A stretch of DNA of 64,000 nt from Planctomycetota bacterium (lineage in GTDB: Bacteria; Planctomycetota; UBA1135; UBA2386). The position numbers were made by a program, and so were the translations under genes. The DNA lies in assembly GCA_965228735.1 (NCBI GenBank), contig OZ245838.1, positions 6,016,001 to 6,080,000 on the forward strand, in the 5' to 3' direction. Of this stretch, positions 26,833 to 37,866 are shown one piece after another. The notes below the pieces were generated by a model. It did no database searches and was not told the origin of the DNA. It was given only the letters and a program-made list of their open reading frames with translations. Positions within the stretch are counted from its first letter, which is position 1; every line of letters starts with the position of its first letter.

Positions 26833-28380
26833 ATGGCGTTGCCACGCGCGACTACCGGCCCTGGCTCGTCATGGGGCGTGACGCTCGGTTTCGGCGTGGT
26901 CGCCGCCGTGCTCTACGCCGTGACGTGGCAGGACGCGCTGCACGGACTCGACTGGCGCTTCATGGTGCTGTGGTACGAGGACGGCTACGTGCATCCGCAG
27001 CACCCGGGGTATCTGCTCGCGGCTCACGTCCTCGGCTGGCTGCTCGTACCGTTCGGTCTCTCGACGTTCGACCTGCTCGCGGCGCTGTCGGTTCTCGGCG
27101 GCGCCACGGCCGTGGCCGGGCTGCATCGCATCGCCTCGGTGGCGTCGGCCGACGTCGGGATTGCCGATGCGTCCGAGACCGGCGTCGCGGCTCGTTGGTT
27201 GCCGTGCTGGTTCGCCGGGCTCGGGATGCTGACCCCGGCGGTGTGGCATCACTCGACGGTGGTGGAGCTGCACGCGCCGTTCCTGGCCGTCGTCGTCTGG
27301 GCAGCGTTGCCGCTCGTTCGCTGGGCGCGGAGTCCGGCATACGGCCAGGTCGTCCTGCTCGGCGTTCTCACTGCGATCGCGGCGCTCATGCACGCGACCG
27401 GGCAGCTGCTCGTGCCCGTCGCCCTGGTAGCGTTGGTGTTCTCGCGGGTTCGCGGCGGTGCTGCGGCGCCGAGCTGGCCGCGAGTCGGGGGCGCGTTCTG
27501 CGCGTTCTTGGTAGCGCACGGCGTGACGTTCGCGACCCTGTTCGCGCTGGTCCGTGGCCTGGGCCCGTTGCCGCCCGCGGCGTTGGCGGTGCCTGGTGCG
27601 CCCGGCCTGGAGTTCGCGGACAACCCGGCGGGTTACCTGCTGAACGCTCTCGGCGGTTCGGACGTCTTTGCGCAGTTCTGGCCGACCATGCGGCGCGAGT
27701 GGCTCGAGCCGTTCGCGCCCTGGTCGGTGCTCGTGTTGATCGCCCTGGCGCTCCGTGCGACGCGCCGCGCGGCTGCGAGCTTCGCGATCTTGTTGCTCGG
27801 CTACCTCCTCGTCGCGGTCGTGCTGTTGCGCGCACAGGTCGACGAACGCGGGGCGTATCTGTTGCCGCTGCTCGGCCCCGCGGTTTGGCTCGCACTGCGG
27901 TTCGCGACGACGATACCGCTGCGGTGCGCGTTGCTGCTCTTCACCCTGCTCGCCGGGGTTGCGTGGCGCGGAGAACCCGGTCGGCTGCCGCCGGATCACG
28001 CGTTCGGCCGCGCAGCCCTGACGCTCGACGAGGTGCGGCCGACGGCGTTCTTCGTCGCCGGCTATCCGGAGATGGACGGCGCGTTGCGCGCGGACCCGCG
28101 TCTCGATGTCGATGTCGCGCTGCGGGCGTGGGGCGAGTTGCGAGCGTTGGGCGGCGACGCCGCGTTCGAGCCGAACGAAGCGCAGATTGCGGCGTGGCTG
28201 CAGCTGCTGGCCACTTCGGCAGGGGAGCGGGGGCGGCGTTTTCTGATCACCGATCGCGCGGTGGAGTGGCTCGGCGAACGCGTGCCGACGTTCGCGAGCG
28301 GGTTCGAGGCCTTCGTCGTCGCCGCCGATGCGAAGCGCGTTTCGGCCGCGGCCGGGGTGGGGGGCTACCTCATCGAGTAG
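26833..28380 (+). CDS. Polytopic membrane protein, possibly GT-C fold glycosyltransferase-like
   Basis: About 10-11 hydrophobic helices; HPQHPGY in first external loop resembles HP(P)GY motif of GT-C/DUF2723-like proteins. Confidence 0.6.
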   Translation: MALPRATTGPGSSWGVTLGFGVVAAVLYAVTWQDALHGLDWRFMVLWYEDGYVHPQHPGYLLAAHVLGWLLVPFGLSTFDLLAALSVLGGATAVAGLHRIASVASADVGIADASETGVAARWLPCWFAGLGMLTPAVWHHSTVVELHAPFLAVVVWAALPLVRWARSPAYGQVVLLGVLTAIAALMHATGQLLVPVALVALVFSRVRGGAAAPSWPRVGGAFCAFLVAHGVTFATLFALVRGLGPLPPAALAVPGAPGLEFADNPAGYLLNALGGSDVFAQFWPTMRREWLEPFAPWSVLVLIALALRATRRAAASFAILLLGYLLVAVVLLRAQVDERGAYLLPLLGPAVWLALRFATTIPLRCALLLFTLLAGVAWRGEPGRLPPDHAFGRAALTLDEVRPTAFFVAGYPEMDGALRADPRLDVDVALRAWGELRALGGDAAFEPNEAQIAAWLQLLATSAGERGRRFLITDRAVEWLGERVPTFASGFEAFVVAADAKRVSAAAGVGGYLIE

Positions 28381-28390
28381 CGGCGCGGCC

Positions 28391-30226
<1,836 letters not shown>

Positions 30227-30327
30227 TGAAGGCGAAGCATTGTGCCGCTGGCGGGGCCGCCGTCAACCAGGGCCGGGGCCAGACGTGAACATACGGCACC
30301 GTGCCCAACCGGATTCCGTGAGGCCGG

Positions 30328-30942
30328 CTACGGCACCCGGAGGCCGAGTTGGCGCAGTTCGGCCGCCAGGCGCAGCAGCGGCAGGCCGACGATCGCCGTC
30401 TGGTCCTCGCAGTTGATCCCGGCGAACAGGCTGATTCCGAGCCCCTCGATCTTGTAGCTGCCGGCGCAGTCGAGCGGTGAATCGGCCGTGACGTAGCGCT
30501 CGATCTCGGCGCGTTCCAGTGGGCGCATGCAGAGCCGGGTCACGTCGACGAACTCGATGGTTCGTTCGCCAGCCGTGATCGCGACGGCGGTGACGAGTTC
30601 ATGCTCGCGCCCCTGCAGGAGGAGGAGCTGCTCGATCGCGCGCTCGGTGTTGCCGGGCTTGTCGAGGACCCTGCCGTCGATCGTCGCGATCTGATCGCTG
30701 CCGATCACGAGGGTCTCGGACGCCGTCGCCACGGCCGCGCCGGCCTGGGCCTTGGCCGCGCCAGCTTGGGCCTTCGCCCGGGCGAGCCGCTGGGCGAGTT
30801 CGAGCGGCGTCGTGCCCGGCGCCGCGTCGGCCTTGATGGTGGCCTCGTCCACCGCCGGCGCGACGCAGTCGAACGGCAGCCCGAGCCGCTCGAGCAGGGC
30901 CTTGCGGTAGGGCGAGGTGCTGGCCAGCAGGAGCTTCTGCAT
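30328..30942 (-). CDS. maf: Maf family nucleoside triphosphate pyrophosphatase, YceF-like
   Basis: LLLASTSPYR, LARAKA, IGSDQ, CAGSYKIEG (Q and E typical of the YceF subfamily); start reassigned to ATG 30942. Confidence 0.92.
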   Translation of the reverse strand: MQKLLLASTSPYRKALLERLGLPFDCVAPAVDEATIKADAAPGTTPLELAQRLARAKAQAGAAKAQAGAAVATASETLVIGSDQIATIDGRVLDKPGNTERAIEQLLLLQGREHELVTAVAITAGERTIEFVDVTRLCMRPLERAEIERYVTADSPLDCAGSYKIEGLGISLFAGINCEDQTAIVGLPLLRLAAELRQLGLRVP

Positions 30943-31062
30943 GGCCGGATCACACGGGCGCCCCGGTTCTCGCCCAATCGAAATCTCGATTGTGGCGGCG
31001 CGTTGGACTACTTGGGTCGTCGGGCGACCGCTGTCCGTTCCGCCCCCGCCGAATCTCGAGCC

Positions 31063-32142
31063 ATGAACCCCAGCATGAAGCCGATCCTGACCGTCGGCAG
31101 CGCCCTGGCGCTGCTCATTCTCCCAGCCTGCGGTGGCGACGAGCCCGCCAAGCCCGCGCCCACGCCCGCGCAGAAGAAGCAGGCCCCGAAGCCGTCGCGG
31201 CCGAAGCGCGAACTCCCGGTGCGGCTCAACATGCCGATCATCAAGGCGACGTTCGGGATGGAGCCGTCGGGGAACAAGCTCGACGCCGCCCCGACCGAGG
31301 CGCAGGTCGCGCTCGGACGCACGTTGTTCCACAACGCCGCGATCTCGGCCAGCGGCGAGGTCAGCTGTGCGACGTGTCACGACCTCGCCAACTACGGCCA
31401 GGACGGGGCCGTGACGACGGCGTTGCAGGGCGACGCCGGCGACACGATCGCACGCAACGCGCCGACGGTCTGGAACGCCGCGCGGCAGATGTTCCTCGGC
31501 TGGGCGTACGAGTATTCATCCGTCGAGGAGCACGCAGTCGGCCACGCGACGAGTCCACGCGGCCTCGGACTCGCCTCGACCGAGGAGCTGGCCGCGAAGG
31601 TCAACGAGGATGCCGCGCTCGTCGCGGGGTTCGAGAAGGCGTTCCCCGGCGGCAACGCCGTCACGGCCGAGAACTTCGGGCGGGCGGTCGGCGCATTCGA
31701 ACGCACGCTCGTGACGCGCAGCAAGTGGGACGAGTTCCTCGACGGCAACGCGCGGGCGCTGTCCAACGCCGAGAAGAAGGGGCTCAAGCTGTTCTACGAC
31801 GCCCAGTGCTTCACGTGTCACATGGGCCGGACCGTCGGCGGCACGATCGTGCAGAAGCTCGGTGTCCACAAGCCGTACCACAACCAGAAGGACACCGGTC
31901 GGCACACGGTCACCGGCGACGACGGGGACAAGATGATGTTCAAGGCGCCCAACCTGCTCAACGTCGCCAAGACCGCGCCCTACAACCACGACGGCCTGAC
32001 CGCGTCGCTCGCCGATGTGGTCAAGCAGATGGCCGATATCCAGCTCAACCGGTCGTTGAGCGACGACGACGTCGCCGCGATCGTTGCGTTCCTCGAGGCG
32101 CTCACGGGCGAGCTGCCGGCCGACATCGTCGGGCAGAAGTAG
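31063..32142 (+). CDS. Di-heme cytochrome c peroxidase/MauG superfamily lipoprotein
   Basis: Lipobox LPAC; two CxxCH (CATCH, CFTCH); RNAPTVWN; FKAPNLLNVAKTAPYNHDG. Confidence 0.9.
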   Translation: MNPSMKPILTVGSALALLILPACGGDEPAKPAPTPAQKKQAPKPSRPKRELPVRLNMPIIKATFGMEPSGNKLDAAPTEAQVALGRTLFHNAAISASGEVSCATCHDLANYGQDGAVTTALQGDAGDTIARNAPTVWNAARQMFLGWAYEYSSVEEHAVGHATSPRGLGLASTEELAAKVNEDAALVAGFEKAFPGGNAVTAENFGRAVGAFERTLVTRSKWDEFLDGNARALSNAEKKGLKLFYDAQCFTCHMGRTVGGTIVQKLGVHKPYHNQKDTGRHTVTGDDGDKMMFKAPNLLNVAKTAPYNHDGLTASLADVVKQMADIQLNRSLSDDDVAAIVAFLEALTGELPADIVGQK

Positions 32143-32172
32143 TTCTGCCCGCGGCTGGGCGTCCGCCGCCGG

Positions 32173-33951
32173 TCAGCGCCGCACGATGAGCTGCACGCCG
32201 TTCGTCGGCGTCAGCGTGCCCGACGTCGCGCCGAAGACGAACGCCTGCAGATACAGGCGGGTGCCGTGCCACGCCACTGCTGGCGGGATCGTCACTGTCT
32301 CCGACGCCGTGCTGCCGTTCCAGAAGCCGATCGAGAGCGGCGATGACGGCGTTCCGAGCAGGTAGCGCCCGCTGAACGGTGCTGGCATCGGCACGTTGTC
32401 GGGGTCGAGGCTGCCGACGAACGCGTAGAGATCGCCGTTCTGCACGGGGAACCGCGGGTCCAGATCGATGAAGCAGGTCGTGCCGGTCCGCGGCTCGTTG
32501 CGCACCGTGAGGCCGTTCTCGAGTCCGGCGGCCGCGAGCATCGCCGCGGTGTCCGGGCGCCGCGCGATGCCGCTGACCTGCGGGCCGTGGGCCCGCAGCA
32601 GCGCGCGGATCGCGAACATGTCCATCGCGGCCGCGGCCGCCGGCTCGAGCTGGGAGCGCGCCGCGCCGAGCATCGCGGTCACCGCGCCGGTGACGATGGG
32701 GGTCGCGGACGACGTGCCGCTGAAGCTGTCCGTGTAGCGCTGCCGCACATCGCCCGGATCGAACAAGCTGCCGTAGCCCGTCGTCGCGACGGAACCGCCC
32801 CAGCCGTTGGCGTCGATGCGGCTGCCGTAGCAGCTGAAGCCGGCGCGCGACAGCGGACCGCCGAGGCTCGCGCCGACGATGATCGCGCCCGAGTCGCGCA
32901 CGTTGAGGTTGAACAGTCCGCCGAGCGACGGCGAGTCGAGGTTGACGCCGCCGTTGCCGGCCGCTTCGACGGTCACGATGCCGAGCCCCGTCGCGATCAG
33001 GATCGCGTCGAAGTCGGCCTGGTTCCACTCGGTCGGCCCGAGGCCGAGCGGCGTGCCGGTCTGCGCCTCGAGCACCATCACGTCGCCTGCCGTGAGCACG
33101 GGCAGGCCGACGGCGATCGCGTTCGCGACGCTGTAGCCCGACGCCGGGAAGTCGGTCGCGACCCGGATGTCGACGTCGGGGTTGAAGCCCGTGACGCCGT
33201 AGATGTCGTAGTCGGCCGCGATCTCGCCCATGACGGCGGTGCCGTGGTTGTTGAAGCTCGGGTTGGCGATCGGTGGGCCGACGAGCGCGCTGGCCACGAG
33301 CTCGCGGATGTCCTCGTGATCGAAGTTCCAGCCCCATTCGATGTCGAGCACGGTGATGCCCGCGCCGGTCGCGCCCAGCGAGGATGCGATCGCATGGCCG
33401 TCGATGCCGTTCGGGGAGCTGTCGCGGTAGCCCTGTTGGATCGTGAAGTCCGGGGTCGGCGGGAAGATGTCACCAGGTGGGGGCGTGGGCAGCTCGCGCG
33501 GGTATGCCAGTTCGACCGCCGCCAGTTCGTTGAGCCGCGCCGTGAGCTCGCGGGTCGCCGCGCCGCCCGTCGTGTGGACCTGGAAGTAGAGCCCGAGGTC
33601 GACCGGCGGGCGCTGCCCGGGCGGCGTGCGCGCGAGCTGGCGGGCGCGGATCGCGCGCAGCTCGGCTGCGAGGCCCGGGAAGAACGAGCCGACCTGGCGG
33701 CCGCCGATCACGGCGAGGACGTCGGGCGCGACGATCCTGCCGTCCGCGACGAGCTCGGGGCGGCCTTCCGCGAGCTTCAGCACGACGCGGTCCTGCCCGA
33801 TCGTCGCGGGCAGAGCGTTGGCCATCGCCTTCGGCATGACTCCGCGGACCGGCAGCCCGGTCGCGATGGCGGCGGACTCGGGCGGGGGTGGTAGCTGCGG
33901 CGCGAGCAGGGCGCTGCCGAGGGTCAGACTGAGAACGGCAGAGAGCGTCAT
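32173..33951 (-). CDS. Secreted subtilisin-like (S8) serine peptidase with C-terminal domain
   Basis: Triad VLDIE / HGTAV / FSGTSSATP, oxyanion AAGNG; signal peptide and prodomain. Confidence 0.92.
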   Translation of the reverse strand: MTLSAVLSLTLGSALLAPQLPPPPESAAIATGLPVRGVMPKAMANALPATIGQDRVVLKLAEGRPELVADGRIVAPDVLAVIGGRQVGSFFPGLAAELRAIRARQLARTPPGQRPPVDLGLYFQVHTTGGAATRELTARLNELAAVELAYPRELPTPPPGDIFPPTPDFTIQQGYRDSSPNGIDGHAIASSLGATGAGITVLDIEWGWNFDHEDIRELVASALVGPPIANPSFNNHGTAVMGEIAADYDIYGVTGFNPDVDIRVATDFPASGYSVANAIAVGLPVLTAGDVMVLEAQTGTPLGLGPTEWNQADFDAILIATGLGIVTVEAAGNGGVNLDSPSLGGLFNLNVRDSGAIIVGASLGGPLSRAGFSCYGSRIDANGWGGSVATTGYGSLFDPGDVRQRYTDSFSGTSSATPIVTGAVTAMLGAARSQLEPAAAAAMDMFAIRALLRAHGPQVSGIARRPDTAAMLAAAGLENGLTVRNEPRTGTTCFIDLDPRFPVQNGDLYAFVGSLDPDNVPMPAPFSGRYLLGTPSSPLSIGFWNGSTASETVTIPPAVAWHGTRLYLQAFVFGATSGTLTPTNGVQLIVRR

Positions 33952-34004
33952 CGGGACTCCTTGGGCCGAATCGGTAGGGGCCGGTCGTGGGGGCGGCGAT
34001 GCTA

Positions 34005-35795
34005 CTACGCGACGTCGCTGATGTGGGCGAGCATCCGGGCGTAGGCGCCGTTCCTGGCCACGAGTTGCCGATGCGTGCCGGCCTCCGTGATCGCGCCGTG
34101 CTCGAGCACGAGGATCTGGTCGGCATCGCGCACCGTGGAGAGTCGGTGGGCGACGACGATCGCGGTGCGGCCGCGCAGCAGCACGGCGAGCGCGCGCTGG
34201 AGCCGCGCCTCGGATTCGCTGTCGATGCTCGCCGTGGCTTCGTCGAGCAGCAGCACATCCGGATCGACGACGAGGGCCCGGGCGAAAGCGAGCAGTTGGC
34301 GTTCACCCTGGGAGAACGTCGCGCCGCGTTCTTGCACCTGGGTCCTCAGACCGTCCGGCAGCGCGTCGACGAAACGGTCGGCGCCGACGGTGGCGAGTGC
34401 CTGCTGCACCCGTTCCTCGGAGATCGTCGGGTCGAACAGCCGGACGTTGTCGAGCACGGTGCCCGTGAAGAGGAACAGGTCCTGCGCCACGAACGCGATC
34501 CGTTGCCGCAGCTGGGTCGGATCGAGGTCGCGGACGTCGACGTCGTCGACCTCGACGCGGCCGCCAGTGGTGTCGCGCAGGCGTGAGATGAGCGCGAGCA
34601 GCGTCGACTTGCCCGCCCCGGTTGGCCCGACGACGGCGACGGTCTGGCCCGGCTCGACCGTGAAGTCGACGCCGCGCAGGACCGGTTCGTTCTCGAGGTA
34701 GGCGAAGTCGACGCCGGCGAAGCGGATGCGCGCCGCGCCGCGGCGGGTCGTCGGCAGGGCGCGGCCGCCCGCCGGCGGGAACGTCGGTTCGTCGAGGATC
34801 TGGAAGACGCGTTCGCAGCTCGCGAACGCGGCCTGCAGCACGTTGTACTTCTCGCCGAGCTGTCGGATCGGCGCGGTCAGCAGCTGGTAGCAGAGCCAGA
34901 ACTGCACGAACTGCCCGGGCAGGAGCGTGCCGGCGAGCACGGCGCTGCCGCCGAACCACAGCAGCCCGACCGTCGTCGCGCGCATCGCGAGGTCGATGAG
35001 CGAGAAGAAGATCGAGAAGTGCAGCACCGCACCGCGCCAGGCGTTGGCCGTCTCGCGGTTGCGCTCGCGGTAGCGCGTTGCGATCGCGGTTTCGCGGCCG
35101 AACGCGCGGGTCGTCGCAGCACCGCCGATGAGCTCCGCCGTGTACGCGTTCTGCAGCGCGAGGCGGCTGCGGACGGCGCGATAGGCCTGCTCGGCGCGCT
35201 TCCGAAACAGCAGGCTGATGACGAGCAGGATCGGCGTGGTCGCGATCGTGAAGAACGCGAGTGCCGGGTCGAGGAAGAACAGCACGACGACGACGCCGCC
35301 GATCTTCATCAGGTCGAAGACCGACTGCAGCACGCCGGTCGCGATCAGCTCGTTGAGGTTCTCGACGTCGCTCGTGATGCGCGTCGTGAGCTTGCCGGCC
35401 GGGTTCTTCTCGTGATAGCCGAGGCGCGTCCGGAGCAGGTGGTCGAACAGGTGGCGGCGCACGTCGCGGATCACGCGCTGCCCGTTCCACGCCGTCAGCA
35501 GGCCGTAGACGTAGCCGAGCAGCGCGCCGCCGCCGATCGTCGCGGCGAAGCCGATGCCGAGCCAGATGAGCGACTGCAGCCGATCGTCCGTCGGCAGCGA
35601 GTCGTCGCGCATCGGGCCGTCGATCGCGAGCCGCAGCAGGTAGGGGCCGAGCAACTCGAGGACGAACGAGACGACGAGGATGCCGAGGCAGGCGAGGAAG
35701 CCGCGACGGTAGGGCCGCACGAACGGCCAGAGCCGCCGCAGGAACGTGAACGAGAACCGCCCCTCGGGCGCGTCGTCGAGGTAGGGGTCGCTCAC
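34005..35795 (-). CDS. ABC exporter subunit (TMD+NBD), MdlB/YheH-like
   Basis: GPTGAGKS, FSQGERQL, LLLDEATASID, VAHRLST. Confidence 0.95.
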   Translation of the reverse strand: MSDPYLDDAPEGRFSFTFLRRLWPFVRPYRRGFLACLGILVVSFVLELLGPYLLRLAIDGPMRDDSLPTDDRLQSLIWLGIGFAATIGGGALLGYVYGLLTAWNGQRVIRDVRRHLFDHLLRTRLGYHEKNPAGKLTTRITSDVENLNELIATGVLQSVFDLMKIGGVVVVLFFLDPALAFFTIATTPILLVISLLFRKRAEQAYRAVRSRLALQNAYTAELIGGAATTRAFGRETAIATRYRERNRETANAWRGAVLHFSIFFSLIDLAMRATTVGLLWFGGSAVLAGTLLPGQFVQFWLCYQLLTAPIRQLGEKYNVLQAAFASCERVFQILDEPTFPPAGGRALPTTRRGAARIRFAGVDFAYLENEPVLRGVDFTVEPGQTVAVVGPTGAGKSTLLALISRLRDTTGGRVEVDDVDVRDLDPTQLRQRIAFVAQDLFLFTGTVLDNVRLFDPTISEERVQQALATVGADRFVDALPDGLRTQVQERGATFSQGERQLLAFARALVVDPDVLLLDEATASIDSESEARLQRALAVLLRGRTAIVVAHRLSTVRDADQILVLEHGAITEAGTHRQLVARNGAYARMLAHISDVA

Positions 35796-37696
35796 GCGTC
35801 GCCCTCCGGCAGCCCGCCGCCGTCGCTGCTGTCGCCGTCACCGCCCTCGCCCGTGAGCGCCGCGGCCTCCGCCTGCAGCTGCCATGCGGCAGCGTAGGGC
35901 CCGGCTCGTTGCAGGAGCTCGGCGTGGGTGCCACGTTCGCGCACCGTACCGTCCGCGAGGACGAGGATGACGTCCGCATCGGCGACGACCGACAGGCGAT
36001 GGCTCGCGGCGACGACCGTGCGCGCGCGGCGTTCGGTCTCGAGGCCGCGCAGGATGCGCCGTTCGGTGCCGGGGTCGACCGCGGAGAGGGTGTCGTCGAG
36101 CAGCAGTCCCGGGCGGTCGCTGAGCAGGGCGCGCGCCAGCGAGACGCGCTGCTTCTGGCCGCCCGACAGCGTGACGCCGCGTTCGCCGACGAGCGTGTCG
36201 AGCCCCGCGGTGAACTGCGGCAGGTCCTGGTCGAGCGCCGCGGCGGCCACGGCGGCGTCCTTCGCGTCATCGAGCGCGACGTCGGCGCCGTGGTTCTCGG
36301 GGCCCTGGCCGGCGTCCGCGCCGAAGGCGACGTTGTTGCCGATCGTGTCGGAGAACAAGAACGGCTCCTGCGCCGCGAGCGCGAATCGCGCACGCACGAC
36401 GGCCGGCGACAGATCGAGGATGTCGTGGTCGTCGACGAACATCGTGCCGCGCGGCGGGTCGTAGAGCCGCATGAGCAGCGCGAGGAGCGTCGACTTGCCG
36501 CTGCCGACGGGGCCGACGAGGCCGAGCTTCTGGCCGGGTTCGAGCACGAACGACACGTCGTCGAGTGCGGGTCGGCTCGCGCCGTCGTAGCGGAACGTCA
36601 GGTGCTCGACCCGCAGCCGGCCGACGAGCTCCGGCGCGATGCCGGTCGCGACCTCGGGCTCGACCTCGAACAGTTCCGCGATGCGGGTGGCGCCGGCATA
36701 GGCGCGCGGCAGCATCGCGAGCGTCCACCCGAGGATCTCGAGCGGGAACGTCATCAGCGCGAGGTAGCCGATGAACTGGAACAGCTCCCCGACCGACAGC
36801 CGGCCGTGGATCGCCTCGTAGCCGCCGACCGCGAGCACGCTGAGGAGCACCGCGCCGCTGGTCGTGTGGGTCAGGGCGTTGAGCGCCGAGCGCAGCCGCA
36901 CGAGTCTCAGGTTGGCCAGCAGGTAACGCCGGTTCTTCGTGGCCATCGCGGCGCGTTCGCGTTCGACGCGCGCGAACTGGTGCACGACGCGGATGCCGGC
37001 GAAGTCCTCCTGCGCCTGCTGCGAGATCTCGGCGACGGCCTCCTGCGACTTCTTGCTCCAGCGGTGCAGCCGCGGCATCACCGCGCGGAACGCGAGCAGC
37101 AAGACGCCGAACACGCCGGCGGCCGCGAGGGTCACGGGCACGTTCATCGACGCCATGAGCCAGGCGCCGGCCGGCAGCACGAGCAGCGCGTTGCCGCCGT
37201 GCAGCAGCAACGGCCCCATGACGAACCGCACGAGCTCGGCGTCCTGGGTCAGCCGGCTCACGATGTCGCCCGTTCGTGACCGGTCGAACCAGGTCATCGG
37301 CAGCCGCTGGAGGTGGTCGACGAGGTCGTTCTTGAGGTCCTCCTCGACGTGGCGCGAGACGTCGATGAGGAGGCGCCGCGAGATGAATCGGCTGCCCGCT
37401 TCCGCCACGCCGAGGCCCAGCAACAGGAGACAGGTCGCGGCCAGGGCGTCGCGGCCCGCGCTCGATTCGCTAGAGACCTCGCGCTCGAGCAGATCGAGCG
37501 TCTCGCCGATCAGCGCCGGCATCCACAGCGTCACGGCGGCGTGAACGGGGACGAACAGCATGCCGATGACGACTTGGAGCCGGTGCTGCCAGAGCAGCCG
37601 CAGCGGGCGGCCGAAGGCGCGGCGCCAGCGCCGAGAGGTCGGTGGCGCCGCGCTCTGGTCGGGGTCGGTCGTCGGGCTGGCCACTGTGCACAGCAT
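35792..37696 (-). CDS. ABC exporter subunit (TMD+NBD), MdlA/YheI-like; heterodimer partner
   Basis: GPVGSGKS, LSGGQKQR, degenerate Walker B LLLDDTLSAVD; GTGA overlap with partner; start 37696 or GTG 37684. Confidence 0.93.
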   Translation of the reverse strand: MLCTVASPTTDPDQSAAPPTSRRWRRAFGRPLRLLWQHRLQVVIGMLFVPVHAAVTLWMPALIGETLDLLEREVSSESSAGRDALAATCLLLLGLGVAEAGSRFISRRLLIDVSRHVEEDLKNDLVDHLQRLPMTWFDRSRTGDIVSRLTQDAELVRFVMGPLLLHGGNALLVLPAGAWLMASMNVPVTLAAAGVFGVLLLAFRAVMPRLHRWSKKSQEAVAEISQQAQEDFAGIRVVHQFARVERERAAMATKNRRYLLANLRLVRLRSALNALTHTTSGAVLLSVLAVGGYEAIHGRLSVGELFQFIGYLALMTFPLEILGWTLAMLPRAYAGATRIAELFEVEPEVATGIAPELVGRLRVEHLTFRYDGASRPALDDVSFVLEPGQKLGLVGPVGSGKSTLLALLMRLYDPPRGTMFVDDHDILDLSPAVVRARFALAAQEPFLFSDTIGNNVAFGADAGQGPENHGADVALDDAKDAAVAAAALDQDLPQFTAGLDTLVGERGVTLSGGQKQRVSLARALLSDRPGLLLDDTLSAVDPGTERRILRGLETERRARTVVAASHRLSVVADADVILVLADGTVRERGTHAELLQRAGPYAAAWQLQAEAAALTGEGGDGDSSDGGGLPEGDA

Positions 37697-37866
37697 CGAC
37701 GGGCAGCACCGGTGTTGCAAACTCCGACAGCGGCAGCTCGCCCGCGCGGAGCGCGTTCGTGCCTCGTTCTGAGACGAGCCCGGGGTTCCGCAGAACCCGG
37801 AGGCAGGGAAATGCCGATAGGCCGCGAACACCTATTCCGGGATGTCCCCGTCAGGAGTGTCTGCGA

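Noticed and set aside
35792..36200. Walker B DD instead of DE as a sign of an inactive ABC gene
   Set aside because: A degenerate site is normal in heterodimeric ABC exporters.
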